The notes under the pieces: model-generated
The model's database searches: none
The model's input: only the letters and a program-made list of their open reading frames with translations
What the model was told of the DNA's origin: nothing
Shown here: positions 20,268 to 30,465 of the stretch, piece by piece
Layout of the letters: each line of letters starts with the position of its first letter
How positions within the stretch are numbered: position 1 is the first letter of the stretch
Made by a program: the position numbers and the translations under genes
NCBI GenBank assembly: GCA_021806925.1
Contig: JAKAPS010000002.1
Coordinates: forward strand, 1,751-65,750
Direction: 5' to 3'
Source: a bacterium
GTDB taxonomy: Bacteria > Patescibacteriota > Dojkabacteria > JAKAPS01
DNA length: 64,000 nucleotides

Positions 20268-23078
20268 ATGAAAAGTAAAATAAGTAAACATGTAGAGAAT
20301 ATATCAAAAAATAGATATTATCCATCAGTATATAGCGAAGAAGATGAAAAGCATGTATATAACTTAACAATAACTGAAATTGAGGAAAGATTAAAAACTT
20401 CGAAGAAAACTGGATTGACAAAAGAACTTGCAAAATCTCTTCTTGAGAAATATGGTTCTAACGTAATAAAAAGAAGATCATCAATAAACGTATATTTAAT
20501 GTTTTTCAAACAGTTTAAAGATATTACTGCAATGCTTCTTCTAGCTTCAGGAATACTCTCAATATTTCTTAATGAAATAACAATTGGTGTGACACTACTT
20601 GTTTTGGTATTAATTAATGGAGGAATTGGATTCTTTGAAGAGTATAGTGCTAATAAATCACTAGAAGCATTAAATCAGTTTATTCCTAAAAAAGTTAAAG
20701 TAATAAGAGATGGATTAACAACAGAAATTGATTCCAGTGATCTTGTTCCTGGAGATTTGATGCTTATAGGTGAAGGAGATAGTATTGCTGCTGATGCAAG
20801 ACTCATAGAGAGCTATAATCTTGAAGCAATTGAATCATCATTAACTGGTGAAGCAACTTCTGTTTCTAAATCACATCATTCTCATGAAGGTAAAAAGTTA
20901 TCTATTACAGATATGAGAAACATGGTGTTAATGGGAACTACTATAGCAAGAGGTACCGGAAAAGCAATTGTTGTTGGTACTGGAGTTAATACAGAGTTTG
21001 GTAAAATAGCTCATTTCACACAAGAATCTAATGAAACACCTTCACCTCTTCAAAAAGAATTGAGAAGGGTCGGCGTTATAATTGTATATGCAGTAGGTTT
21101 CTCTGGTTTGATTGCATTTCTTATTGAAACATTTGTTGCACATAATCCAATTGAAAATACTGTCATATTATCAATTGGACTTGCTCTAAGTGCAATACCT
21201 GAAGGATTACCTGCAACTGTTGGAATAGCTCTTTCTATAGGGAGTAAATTCTTAGCTAAGAAAAATGTAATTGTAAAGCAATTAACATCTGTTGAGACGC
21301 TTGGCAGCACTACTGTTATTGTATCTGATAAGACAGGGACTCTAACCAAAAATCAGATGAGTGTAACTGATATATACACAAACATGAAGAACTATACAGT
21401 AACAGGTACAGGTTATGAACCTGTTGGTGTAATAAACGGCCTTGAATCTATAAATCACGTCAAGAATTTTTTTGAGTGTATGCTACTATGTAATAATTCG
21501 AGTATAGAGTGCGATGGGACGCTTTGGAAGAGCGTTGGGGACCCTACAGAATCTGCACTTGTAACACTTTGCAAAAAAAATAAATACTTCAATATTCCAT
21601 CTGTTGAAAATGAATATGTTAAATTGAGTGAAATTCCATTTGATTCTGATAGAAAAATGATGTCTACAATTTTTAAAAACACATCAGGCTCCTATATTAT
21701 GTATACAAAAGGAGGTGTATCTGAAATTCTTGAGAAGTCAAAAATGATATTACTTGATAATAATATTGTTGAACTCACAGAAGATAGAAAAAGAGATATA
21801 TTACTTAAGAATGATGAATATGCTAATAACGCACTTAGAGTTCTTGCATTTGCAATGAAGTTATCTAATACAAAGCTTGCTGGAGGTGAAGAGGGGTTAA
21901 TATTTCTAGGTCTAGTTGGTATGATTGATCCTCCAAGAGATAATGTTGATAGAGCTATATCTGAGGCAATGGAAGCAGGTATTAGAATAATTATGTGTAC
22001 AGGAGATCACCCTAATACTGCAATTGCAATAGCAAAAAGAATCAATTTAATTAAAAATTCTGAACAAACTAAGGTTATATTAGGCAGTGATATGAATGGA
22101 CTTAGTGATGAAGAATTATTGAATGACATATATTCATTTGAAGATATTATCTTTGCAAGAAGTGATCCAACAAACAAATTAAGAGTGGTTAGACTTTTAA
22201 AGAGTAAGGGAGAAGTAGTCGCTGTTACAGGTGACGGTGTTAACGATTCCCCTGCTTTGAAAGCTGCTGATATTGGAATTGCTATGGGTATTGTTGGAAC
22301 TGATGTATCAAAAGAAGCTTCAAAGATGATATTACTTGATGATAGTTTTGCGAGTATAGTTGAAGCAATAAGGCAGGGTAGAATAATATATAACAACATA
22401 AAGAAATTTATAAGATTTATACTGTCAATTGATTTAGCAGAATTGACGATATTTTTCCTAGCTATATTATTAGGGTTACCTTCTCCAATGTTTGTATTGC
22501 AACTTCTGTCAATTGATTTAGTTGTTAATATAATCCCATCTATAATACTTGCAAGAGATATCGGCGACCCTGATATTATGAAATTACCACCTAGAAGTAG
22601 AACAGATCATCTGTTTGATAAAACGACATTAATTCCTGTAGCAATAAATGGATTATTGATAAGTGTATTTGGAATTATTGTGTTCTTTATATCGCTTAAC
22701 CAGAATGGTTGGAGCTATGAATTTGGATTGTCTCTAAAATCAAATCTATATTTTGTATCAACAACTGCTAGTTATCTTGCTCTTGTTATTCCGCAAATAT
22801 TAGTAAACCTTTATACAGCAAGATCATTCAAATTCTCTGTATTTAATTTTGAATTAAACAGTTACAAATATTTATTTCTTGGATCTATGTTCTGTTTAAT
22901 TTTAATATCATTGTTTATATTAATTCCTGGTGTATCTTGGTTATTTGATTTTAGAATGGTCAATCCTTCAATAATCATGTATATTCTAGGGTTTTCAATA
23001 TGTATATTTATATTGAGTGAATTATCTAAGATAGCTATAAGGTTTATGTTACATTTATATTCAAGAATACAGGTTTGA
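20268..23078 (+). CDS. Type II cation-transporting P-type ATPase
   Basis: LTGE, IPEGLP, SDKTGTLT, GDPTE, FDSDRK, DPPR, TGD, GDGVNDSPALK; about 10 TM segments. Confidence 0.93.
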   Translation: MKSKISKHVENISKNRYYPSVYSEEDEKHVYNLTITEIEERLKTSKKTGLTKELAKSLLEKYGSNVIKRRSSINVYLMFFKQFKDITAMLLLASGILSIFLNEITIGVTLLVLVLINGGIGFFEEYSANKSLEALNQFIPKKVKVIRDGLTTEIDSSDLVPGDLMLIGEGDSIAADARLIESYNLEAIESSLTGEATSVSKSHHSHEGKKLSITDMRNMVLMGTTIARGTGKAIVVGTGVNTEFGKIAHFTQESNETPSPLQKELRRVGVIIVYAVGFSGLIAFLIETFVAHNPIENTVILSIGLALSAIPEGLPATVGIALSIGSKFLAKKNVIVKQLTSVETLGSTTVIVSDKTGTLTKNQMSVTDIYTNMKNYTVTGTGYEPVGVINGLESINHVKNFFECMLLCNNSSIECDGTLWKSVGDPTESALVTLCKKNKYFNIPSVENEYVKLSEIPFDSDRKMMSTIFKNTSGSYIMYTKGGVSEILEKSKMILLDNNIVELTEDRKRDILLKNDEYANNALRVLAFAMKLSNTKLAGGEEGLIFLGLVGMIDPPRDNVDRAISEAMEAGIRIIMCTGDHPNTAIAIAKRINLIKNSEQTKVILGSDMNGLSDEELLNDIYSFEDIIFARSDPTNKLRVVRLLKSKGEVVAVTGDGVNDSPALKAADIGIAMGIVGTDVSKEASKMILLDDSFASIVEAIRQGRIIYNNIKKFIRFILSIDLAELTIFFLAILLGLPSPMFVLQLLSIDLVVNIIPSIILARDIGDPDIMKLPPRSRTDHLFDKTTLIPVAINGLLISVFGIIVFFISLNQNGWSYEFGLSLKSNLYFVSTTASYLALVIPQILVNLYTARSFKFSVFNFELNSYKYLFLGSMFCLILISLFILIPGVSWLFDFRMVNPSIIMYILGFSICIFILSELSKIAIRFMLHLYSRIQV

Positions 23079-23246
23079 TTTATAATTTTATGTTAATATA
23101 TTTATTACTTGTGACATTTAGGTCATGTGTTACTTGGTATCGTCCTTCTCTCCATATATCCTGCCTATTTTTCAAAATCATTAAAACTTGTAACATGTTC
23201 TTACTCAATACTATTGATGTTAATACAATATTTTTCTCCAACTAAA

Positions 23247-24347
23247 TTAAATGTTCTTTGAAATATACTCTGCAACTATTTCTGATGCATTTGTTTTAAA
23301 TGAATTAGATGTTTCAATCATAACATCTTTATGTAATACCTTCTTAATTGAATTCAGAAGTATTATATCTGTCATGTTTTTCTCTTCAATAATCTCTGCT
23401 AATCCATAGCTTTTCAATATCTCAGCATTTTTTAATTGTTCGTTGTTTTGTGCAAATGGTAGTGGTATAAGTATTGAAGGTTTTTTTAATGCACCAAGCT
23501 CATAAACAGTATTCGCACCACTTCTTCCTATTAACATGTCTGATTGATGTAATGCTTTTGAATAATCAGAGCTCAATAAATTTTTGAAAACTCTATAATT
23601 TTCAAATTTGTTATTTTCTATAAGCTTATTTGCATATTCATAATCATTAAATATTGTGTTTGAACCAGTTAGATGAATAATATTATATTCATGGGTGAGC
23701 TGCTCTAGTTGATTAAAGATTATTTCGTTAATCCTGTGAGCCCCTTGGTTACCACATGAAATAAGGATCGTTTTTTTATCATTATTAAACTCAACAAGAT
23801 TATTTTTTTCTTCTAGTATCTCTTTTCTTATTGGATTTCCTGTTATAATGATATTATCTCTTTTGCTAACTGGTACCTCACTCTCAGTCTCTTTCCATCC
23901 AAGAAAAATTATATCCGCAAGATAGAATATCAATTTATTTGCTAATCCGATATTTAGCGTTTGTTCATGAGTATATATTTTTATACCCAGTATCTTTGCT
24001 GAAATTGCAGTTGTTGCTCCGATATATCCTCCAAATGTTAGAACAAGAGATGGTTTCTCTTTCAATAGAATAAAAAAAGATTCAATTAGCCCTATTGGTA
24101 TAAGTACAAGACTAATTACGGCTTTCCATGACATGTATCTGTATAATTTTCCAGCATGTAGATTAATAAATTTAATTCCTCGTGAAGTAATATCGTTAAA
24201 TTCGAGTGATGTATTCTTATCAAAAAGCATAGTATACTTCTGACCTATCCAAATTACATCAAACATGTTTCTATCTAATGCTTCAACTATGCTTAGTGCG
24301 CTTGTAAAGTGACCTCCTGTCACTAGTATCTTTTTCTTTATCATCAA
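23247..24347 (-). CDS. murG: UDP-GlcNAc:lipid I transferase MurG
   Basis: TGGH, FGGY, HEQ, TGNPIR, G.QGA, RSGA.TV.E, EQ..NA. Confidence 0.92.
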   Translation of the reverse strand: MMIKKKILVTGGHFTSALSIVEALDRNMFDVIWIGQKYTMLFDKNTSLEFNDITSRGIKFINLHAGKLYRYMSWKAVISLVLIPIGLIESFFILLKEKPSLVLTFGGYIGATTAISAKILGIKIYTHEQTLNIGLANKLIFYLADIIFLGWKETESEVPVSKRDNIIITGNPIRKEILEEKNNLVEFNNDKKTILISCGNQGAHRINEIIFNQLEQLTHEYNIIHLTGSNTIFNDYEYANKLIENNKFENYRVFKNLLSSDYSKALHQSDMLIGRSGANTVYELGALKKPSILIPLPFAQNNEQLKNAEILKSYGLAEIIEEKNMTDIILLNSIKKVLHKDVMIETSNSFKTNASEIVAEYISKNI

Positions 24348-25422
24348 AGTATATTATAGAATAAATTAGACCAAGTGATAAAAATATTGAGATTGTTGAA
24401 CTTCCACCGTAACTAATTAAAGGTAATGGAATACCAGTCAAAGGCAATATATTTAAATTAACAAATATATTTATTATACTTTGAAAAAATATCAATATAA
24501 CTATTGTTATAAATATAGCTTTACCTTGATAATCTTTTATTGTCAATGCAATGTAATATAGAAGAGATATTATTGCAATAAAATAAATTAGGAATAGTGT
24601 TGTTAAGAAAAAACCTAACTCCTGTGCTATTATTGCAAATGCAGAATCAGTTATTGATGTTCCTTGAACTAGAAATGGTGTCTTCCCTATGTTATATCCA
24701 ATCCCTTTCCCAAATAGTCCGCCTGACCCGATTGTTATTAAAATTTGCTTTAATTGATATCCTGATCCAAGTGAATTTGAAGTTTGGCTTGAAGAATATG
24801 TTAGTATTCTCTCCAGTCTATATGGTTCTATTATTATAGCGACTACGGCAAGTGCAAGAAATATAGAGAGTATAAGGAGTAGTTGATATAGTTGTTTTGG
24901 TCTTTCAATATACAAAAAATATATTGAAATTGAGATTATTATAATTATTATTGTAGTTCCTAGATCTTTTTGGTATAGAGTTAGAAGTGAAACAAGAAGT
25001 AATATAGAAGTGAATGGAATCGTTAATTTACTTAGTACATTGCCCCCTACTGTTCTCCCCTTCTCTAGAATACCTGCAAAGTACAATATTATAACAGGCT
25101 TTATAAATTCTGATGGTTGAATCGTAATTCCTTTTACAACAATCCATCTTGTAGCACCGTTTATACTCTGTCCTTTAAAAATTGTAAATATGATTGCAAA
25201 TATCAAAAATATTAGTAAATATGTAGATATTCTAACAAAAAATTTGTAATTGATTCTTGATACAACAAATAAAAGAAATATACCAAATATATCCCAAAGC
25301 ATAGCGTGCTCAAGATAATAAAATCTATTACTCGTTAATGAGTTTGAACCTTCATATATTATATATAACCCAAATAATATATAAGGAGCTAGTATTACAG
25401 TGATTATATTTCTTCTATTCAT
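24283..25422 (-). CDS. ftsW: SEDS protein FtsW
   Basis: GATRWI, IQPSEF.K, QKDLGT, YQ......GSGG, TD..FAI..ELG, P.TG.PLP.ISYGGSS; directly upstream of murG. Confidence 0.85.
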   Translation of the reverse strand: MNRRNIITVILAPYILFGLYIIYEGSNSLTSNRFYYLEHAMLWDIFGIFLLFVVSRINYKFFVRISTYLLIFLIFAIIFTIFKGQSINGATRWIVVKGITIQPSEFIKPVIILYFAGILEKGRTVGGNVLSKLTIPFTSILLLVSLLTLYQKDLGTTIIIIIISISIYFLYIERPKQLYQLLLILSIFLALAVVAIIIEPYRLERILTYSSSQTSNSLGSGYQLKQILITIGSGGLFGKGIGYNIGKTPFLVQGTSITDSAFAIIAQELGFFLTTLFLIYFIAIISLLYYIALTIKDYQGKAIFITIVILIFFQSIINIFVNLNILPLTGIPLPLISYGGSSTISIFLSLGLIYSIIYFDDKEKDTSDRRSLYKRTKHS

Positions 25423-25536
25423 ACGAATTTACATATTTAATAATCCACTATTAGTTTATCTACTATATAATAATATTATACTTTTTTGTTTTAGAAGTAT
25501 CCATATAAAATTATATATCTTTTATATAAATATCCC

Positions 25537-26865
25537 CTATATTCTTCTATTTGCTTTTGTATGCCTGTAGATAGATTGAACTATACCTAGCAGGCAAAAC
25601 ATTATGATTAAATCACTTCCACCAGAACTCATAAATGGAAGTGGTATTCCAGTTGTTGGTAATTTCCCTAAATTAATAAGTATATTCAATGTAGTTTGTA
25701 TAGATATGATTAGAATTACTCCAGATATAAATAACTTAGAGTAATCATCTGTTGTCTTTTGAAGTATTTCAGATAAGATATTTATAAGAAAAAAGTATAG
25801 AAGTATTAATATTGATACTCCAATAAATCCAAATTCTTCTGCACTGGTTGCAAATATAAAATCAGTTGAATATTCAGGTAGAAAATCTAGTCTAGTCTGT
25901 GTTGTTCCACCGCCATATATTTCACCAGATCCAATTGCTATTTCTGCTTGAGTGATTTGATATGAAGTTGATTTATCTTTATTGTATAGGAATGATAATA
26001 TTCTTTGTTTTTGATAAGGCTGTAATAAATGGTTCCAGCCTATAGAGAATATCAGTACTCCTGTTACAAACGATATGAATATTGCCAAAGTGATGTAAAT
26101 GAATTCTTTTAATTTACTTGTCTTTTTAGATGTTTTTTCATTTGTTTTGCTGATTACAGGTGTCGATATATTTAAAAATAACATAAATAAACCGCATATT
26201 AATATTTCAAATGTGACTAATGCTAATGAGTAAATTATTAGTTTATGATTTGTTATTAGTATAAATCCTGAAATAAGTGATAATCCAAGAAGCAACACCA
26301 TACTTATTGCAATTAGTTTATTTTTCATGCTTATAAATACTGTAACAAGAATTGTTATTAATATTGTTATTGCACTACTTAGTGATGGCTCCTTAAAAAC
26401 TAGGAATATAATTAGAACAGATAGAAAAGTAAACAAGTAAAAATTCTTTTTCTTTTGAGATAGCATTCCTGCACATATTAGTATTACTGCAAATTTAGCG
26501 ATTTCTGATGGTTGAAAATTAACGAATCCAAGTGCAATCCATCTAGCAGCGCCGTTGACATTTTTCCCTACAAATAGATCAATAAAAAGGATTAATATAC
26601 TGATGTATGTAAAGCCCAAATAAAATAAAGGGAATGATAGATTAATATAATCAATAGATGCAAATAGAAAATATAGAGCCAATCCGATTATTCCAAATGT
26701 TAATTGCCTTTCTGCAAGTATATTTGATGTATTTGATGAATAATATATTGATGCGAGTCCATATATATATAACAAAAATATATTTAATGTTAAAAAGAAA
26801 TTCTGAGATAATATCTTTTCATATAATATATTTTTTAAATCAATTTTTAATTTTTTAATCTTCAC
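25537..26865 (-). CDS. rodA: SEDS protein RodA
   Basis: GAARWI, FQPSE.AK, L.PYQ..RI, IAIGSG..G...TQ.RL.FLPE..TDFIF, PTTGIPLPFMS.GGS. Confidence 0.85.
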   Translation of the reverse strand: MKIKKLKIDLKNILYEKILSQNFFLTLNIFLLYIYGLASIYYSSNTSNILAERQLTFGIIGLALYFLFASIDYINLSFPLFYLGFTYISILILFIDLFVGKNVNGAARWIALGFVNFQPSEIAKFAVILICAGMLSQKKKNFYLFTFLSVLIIFLVFKEPSLSSAITILITILVTVFISMKNKLIAISMVLLLGLSLISGFILITNHKLIIYSLALVTFEILICGLFMLFLNISTPVISKTNEKTSKKTSKLKEFIYITLAIFISFVTGVLIFSIGWNHLLQPYQKQRILSFLYNKDKSTSYQITQAEIAIGSGEIYGGGTTQTRLDFLPEYSTDFIFATSAEEFGFIGVSILILLYFFLINILSEILQKTTDDYSKLFISGVILIISIQTTLNILINLGKLPTTGIPLPFMSSGGSDLIIMFCLLGIVQSIYRHTKANRRI

Positions 26866-28326
26866 TTAGTTACTTTTCTTTGGTGCTGGAATATATTGAA
26901 TAGGCCTGTTAATAATTAATCTAGTTTGTGCTTCTATTGCAGGAACTGCAGAAAATATTATGCTTACAAATGGGAATGTTATAACCTGTAAAAATGAATA
27001 TACTTTTCTAAAAAACGACCATTTATCAGGCTTCTTTGGAGCATAAAGTGCTTCAATATAAAATAGCGCTATCATGAATATAGTAAGTATTGTTAAAATT
27101 TTACTGAATAATACAGAAAGAGTGTAAGCAACTATTGATTTAGCAAAATGAGGATTTAGGTGTATAGGTATTGAAAATCCAAACATAATAATAAGCGGAA
27201 GCATTGCCCATTCAAATGCTTTTCTGATTTGTTCAAATATTGTTATGAATTTCAAGTATAATGGTATCTCCTTATTTTTTATTGCGTGTCTAAAACTGAA
27301 TGCAAACTCACCTGCTCCATATGCCCATCTTCGAATTTGTACATATTGCGCCTTAATAGAATCAATAAGTGAATCGGTGCTTATTGCATCAAGGAAAACT
27401 GGTAAAAACAGTGAAACTATTTCCAAATCTTTCCCATATTTGAAAAATATCTTCCAATATATTCTCTCGTCCTCTGGTATAATGTCAGGTTCCCAGTAGT
27501 CAACAGAGTTTAGCGTTTCTAAATTAATACTATAGCATGAAAAATTTATAAATCTATGAGGGCTTAATGTTAAAGACATTTGCCATGAAGCTGAGAATGT
27601 CGCAACTATTCTTGAAAAGAATGGAACTTCCCATATATTATTATAGAATATTGGTATTGGCTGATATATTTTAGCTTCAGGTTTGTTTTTCTTAGAGTAA
27701 ACATAGGTTAGTTTAGCAAGAAATTGTTTGTTATGTATACTATCACTATCCGCACTCGTAACTATAACTTTACTTGTATCTATTTTTAGTTCATTTATTT
27801 TTTTATATAGTTCACGAGCTGCATAATTTTCATTTGATGCCTTTCCTTTTATTTCTTTTGTAATATCTAAATCATGCTCAGTAATTAGTATCAATAGGAA
27901 CTTATCTGAATATTTTTCTTTTAATTTCAATGCAATTTCTTTTGCACTTGTTATTCTTTTTTCAGTTGCTAAAACAAGAATTTTCTGTGATTTTGGATAT
28001 TTATTTATTGCAATTGAATTAACTGACTTCTCAAGTACACTATAACCCTCATTTGCATATGGAACAATAACTGCATGATACATGTTTGAAAAATCAAATC
28101 CTTCATCCTTCAATTTTTTATACCAGTTTATATTTAGTGTGTATTGGATTTTTCTTGAAGCAAGTACCATTAAGATAATGTGATATATTGATGTGTATGT
28201 AAAATATACTGTAAAGAATACTATTATAAAAGTGGCAATCAATGGCGTTGTATATGATAGTACAATGAATAAAAATATAAAACCCCACATTAACAACCCT
28301 GGAAACATTTCTGTAAGTCTTTTCAT
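26866..28326 (-). CDS. Membrane glycosyltransferase family 2 (D,D,D,QxxRW type)
   Basis: GKASN, ADSD, NFSCYS, YWEPDIIPED and QIRRW motifs; TM helices at both ends. Confidence 0.85.
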   Translation of the reverse strand: MKRLTEMFPGLLMWGFIFLFIVLSYTTPLIATFIIVFFTVYFTYTSIYHIILMVLASRKIQYTLNINWYKKLKDEGFDFSNMYHAVIVPYANEGYSVLEKSVNSIAINKYPKSQKILVLATEKRITSAKEIALKLKEKYSDKFLLILITEHDLDITKEIKGKASNENYAARELYKKINELKIDTSKVIVTSADSDSIHNKQFLAKLTYVYSKKNKPEAKIYQPIPIFYNNIWEVPFFSRIVATFSASWQMSLTLSPHRFINFSCYSINLETLNSVDYWEPDIIPEDERIYWKIFFKYGKDLEIVSLFLPVFLDAISTDSLIDSIKAQYVQIRRWAYGAGEFAFSFRHAIKNKEIPLYLKFITIFEQIRKAFEWAMLPLIIMFGFSIPIHLNPHFAKSIVAYTLSVLFSKILTILTIFMIALFYIEALYAPKKPDKWSFFRKVYSFLQVITFPFVSIIFSAVPAIEAQTRLIINRPIQYIPAPKKSN

Positions 28327-28511
28327 AAAACAATATGTCTTAATTGAGATTATTATATCATGGGTAGTTATGAATATTAAGAACTTAGAATTTGATACAT
28401 AATATAAAAAATTGAATTTGTATAATATTCTAAACTGCAGGAGTGTCTATTCTTGGTATAAACATTCCAAATTTAAAACACATATTTTTTTTGTGATATA
28501 ATTAAATATAT

Positions 28512-29507
28512 ATGGGAATATTTTCTGCAATACAAAAACAGTTTATAAAACGACCAGATGAATCAAAAAATAACATAGTGTACAAGTGGCCAGATGAAAA
28601 CATAAGAAAAATGACTCAGATTACAGTACAGGCAGATGAACTTGCCTTGTTCGTAAAAAATGGTCAGGTAGTTGGAACTCTTGAATCTGGTATACATGAC
28701 ATTGAAGGGTCTAACATTCCATTTATTGGAGGTCTTCTTGCAAATGCAACAAATGGAAATTACTTCGTAAGTGAAATATATTTTGTAAGTATACATGAAT
28801 TTGTAAATATCCTTTTTGGTGGAACCCTTGATAATATAGTTGATCCGCAAAGTAAGCTTGCAATACTCTTAAAGGTATATGGTAGTTATAGTTTGAAAGT
28901 TGTTGATCCTTCAAACTTGATATTAAATCTTGTTGGCACTGTAAATATATTTAATAATGATGAGATAACAAATTGGTCTAGTTCTATATTACTAAAACTG
29001 CTAAGAGAAAATGTAGCAGAGAAAATAAATGCTTCAGCTTGGGATATTCTTGGAATAGCTTCAAGAAATCAAGAAATAGAGGAATTAATATTATCTCCAA
29101 TTAATGTTGAATTGGTTAAATACGGGCTTAATATAGTGAGTTTGGGAAATGTAACAATAAATATAGATGAAAAAGATGAAGAAACACTAAAGGATTATAG
29201 GAGAAGTGTTGCATATCTAAATACACCAGGTAGTGCAGATACAGCACTGAAATTAGGTGCTGCCGAGGGATTCAGTAAAGGAAATGCTAATGTAGGACTA
29301 TTTGCAGCAGGTATGAATATAGGTTCTGGGATAACAGCGAATACACCTCCTACTGTTGCTTCATCCACACAGTCTCCTTCAGAAACACAATTAAATACTG
29401 ATAATCAGATTGGTACAGGTGTAGGAGAAGATATGATATTCTGTCCAAATTGTGGAAAGCAGATTAAAAAATCTAATTATTGTATGTATTGCGGAACAAA
29501 AATATGA
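28512..29507 (+). CDS. SPFH/band-7 domain protein (YdjI-like) with C-terminal zinc ribbon
   Basis: IVYKWP..NI....Q.TV...E.ALF...G, SE.YFV, FG, .YGSY...V.DP; C-terminal CPNCG..CMYCG. Confidence 0.8.
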   Translation: MGIFSAIQKQFIKRPDESKNNIVYKWPDENIRKMTQITVQADELALFVKNGQVVGTLESGIHDIEGSNIPFIGGLLANATNGNYFVSEIYFVSIHEFVNILFGGTLDNIVDPQSKLAILLKVYGSYSLKVVDPSNLILNLVGTVNIFNNDEITNWSSSILLKLLRENVAEKINASAWDILGIASRNQEIEELILSPINVELVKYGLNIVSLGNVTINIDEKDEETLKDYRRSVAYLNTPGSADTALKLGAAEGFSKGNANVGLFAAGMNIGSGITANTPPTVASSTQSPSETQLNTDNQIGTGVGEDMIFCPNCGKQIKKSNYCMYCGTKI

Positions 29508-30436
29508 AAAAGCTATTTATTATATCTATTTCATTTTTTATAATTCTATTCCTTTTCAGGTATAGCACAGGAAGCGTTTTTGCAAGAGCAGGAGGTGGAG
29601 AATATTTTGGAGGTGGTATAGGTTCTTCAGGGGGTGGGTCTATTGGTGGAATTGGTTCAGGTGGAGGATTTGGGAATATGATGTTTATTCCATTAATGAT
29701 GGGCGGAAATTGGGGGTCTGGCAGTGGAACTGGTTTAGTTATAACTATAATTCTAATGTTTGTTATTGTTCCATTCTTTATAAGAAGATTTGGTATGACA
29801 AACAGTAGTAATATGACAGGTTCACCATCCATGTTTATGCAACAGATGTTTAATGAAGAAAACACGAGTGAAGTAGATGTAAGCATAATCCAGAAAGTTG
29901 ATGCTGAATTTTCTTTGGAGGAATTCTATAGTTTCGTTAAAAATATATTTATTGAAGTTCAAAATAGCTATTCTAAAAAAGATCTTTCAAGTGTAAGAGT
30001 ATACTTATCAGTAAATATATATAAAACATTGCAAGATGAAATTAATAGGTTGAATGAAAGGAATCTAACTAATAAGTTACAGGTATTAGGCGTGAAGAGT
30101 ACAAAAGCCGTTGATATATCAGAAGAAAGTTCAATATTTAGAATAAAAGTCCTTTTAACAGCAGCATTAATTGATTACAAAGTGAATGATAATGATGAGC
30201 TTGTTGAAGGTAGTAGAGATAATCCTGAGGTATTTAGTGAATATTGGACGTTTATTAGATCAAAAGACTTATTGACTGAAAAGAACTCTAGGGAAAGCAC
30301 AACTATTTCAAATTCCTGCCCTGTTTGTGGTGCACCAATATCAATAAATGAATCTGGTGAATGTATGTATTGTCATAGTGAATTACAAAATGGAAAATTT
30401 AACTGGGTTCTTGAAAGTATTGAACAAATAAATTAG
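29504..30436 (+). CDS. Tim44-like domain membrane protein with Gly-rich linker and zinc ribbon
   Basis: Signal peptide then ARAGGG, Gly-rich stretch, TM helix, D..F....F......F..VQ, F.EYWTF.R, CPVCGA..CMYC and WVL..I. Start moved to 29504 (ATGA overlap with the SPFH stop). Confidence 0.8.
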   Translation: MKKLFIISISFFIILFLFRYSTGSVFARAGGGEYFGGGIGSSGGGSIGGIGSGGGFGNMMFIPLMMGGNWGSGSGTGLVITIILMFVIVPFFIRRFGMTNSSNMTGSPSMFMQQMFNEENTSEVDVSIIQKVDAEFSLEEFYSFVKNIFIEVQNSYSKKDLSSVRVYLSVNIYKTLQDEINRLNERNLTNKLQVLGVKSTKAVDISEESSIFRIKVLLTAALIDYKVNDNDELVEGSRDNPEVFSEYWTFIRSKDLLTEKNSRESTTISNSCPVCGAPISINESGECMYCHSELQNGKFNWVLESIEQIN

Positions 30437-30465
30437 GTAACATAAATATATAAAGTATAAATTTT

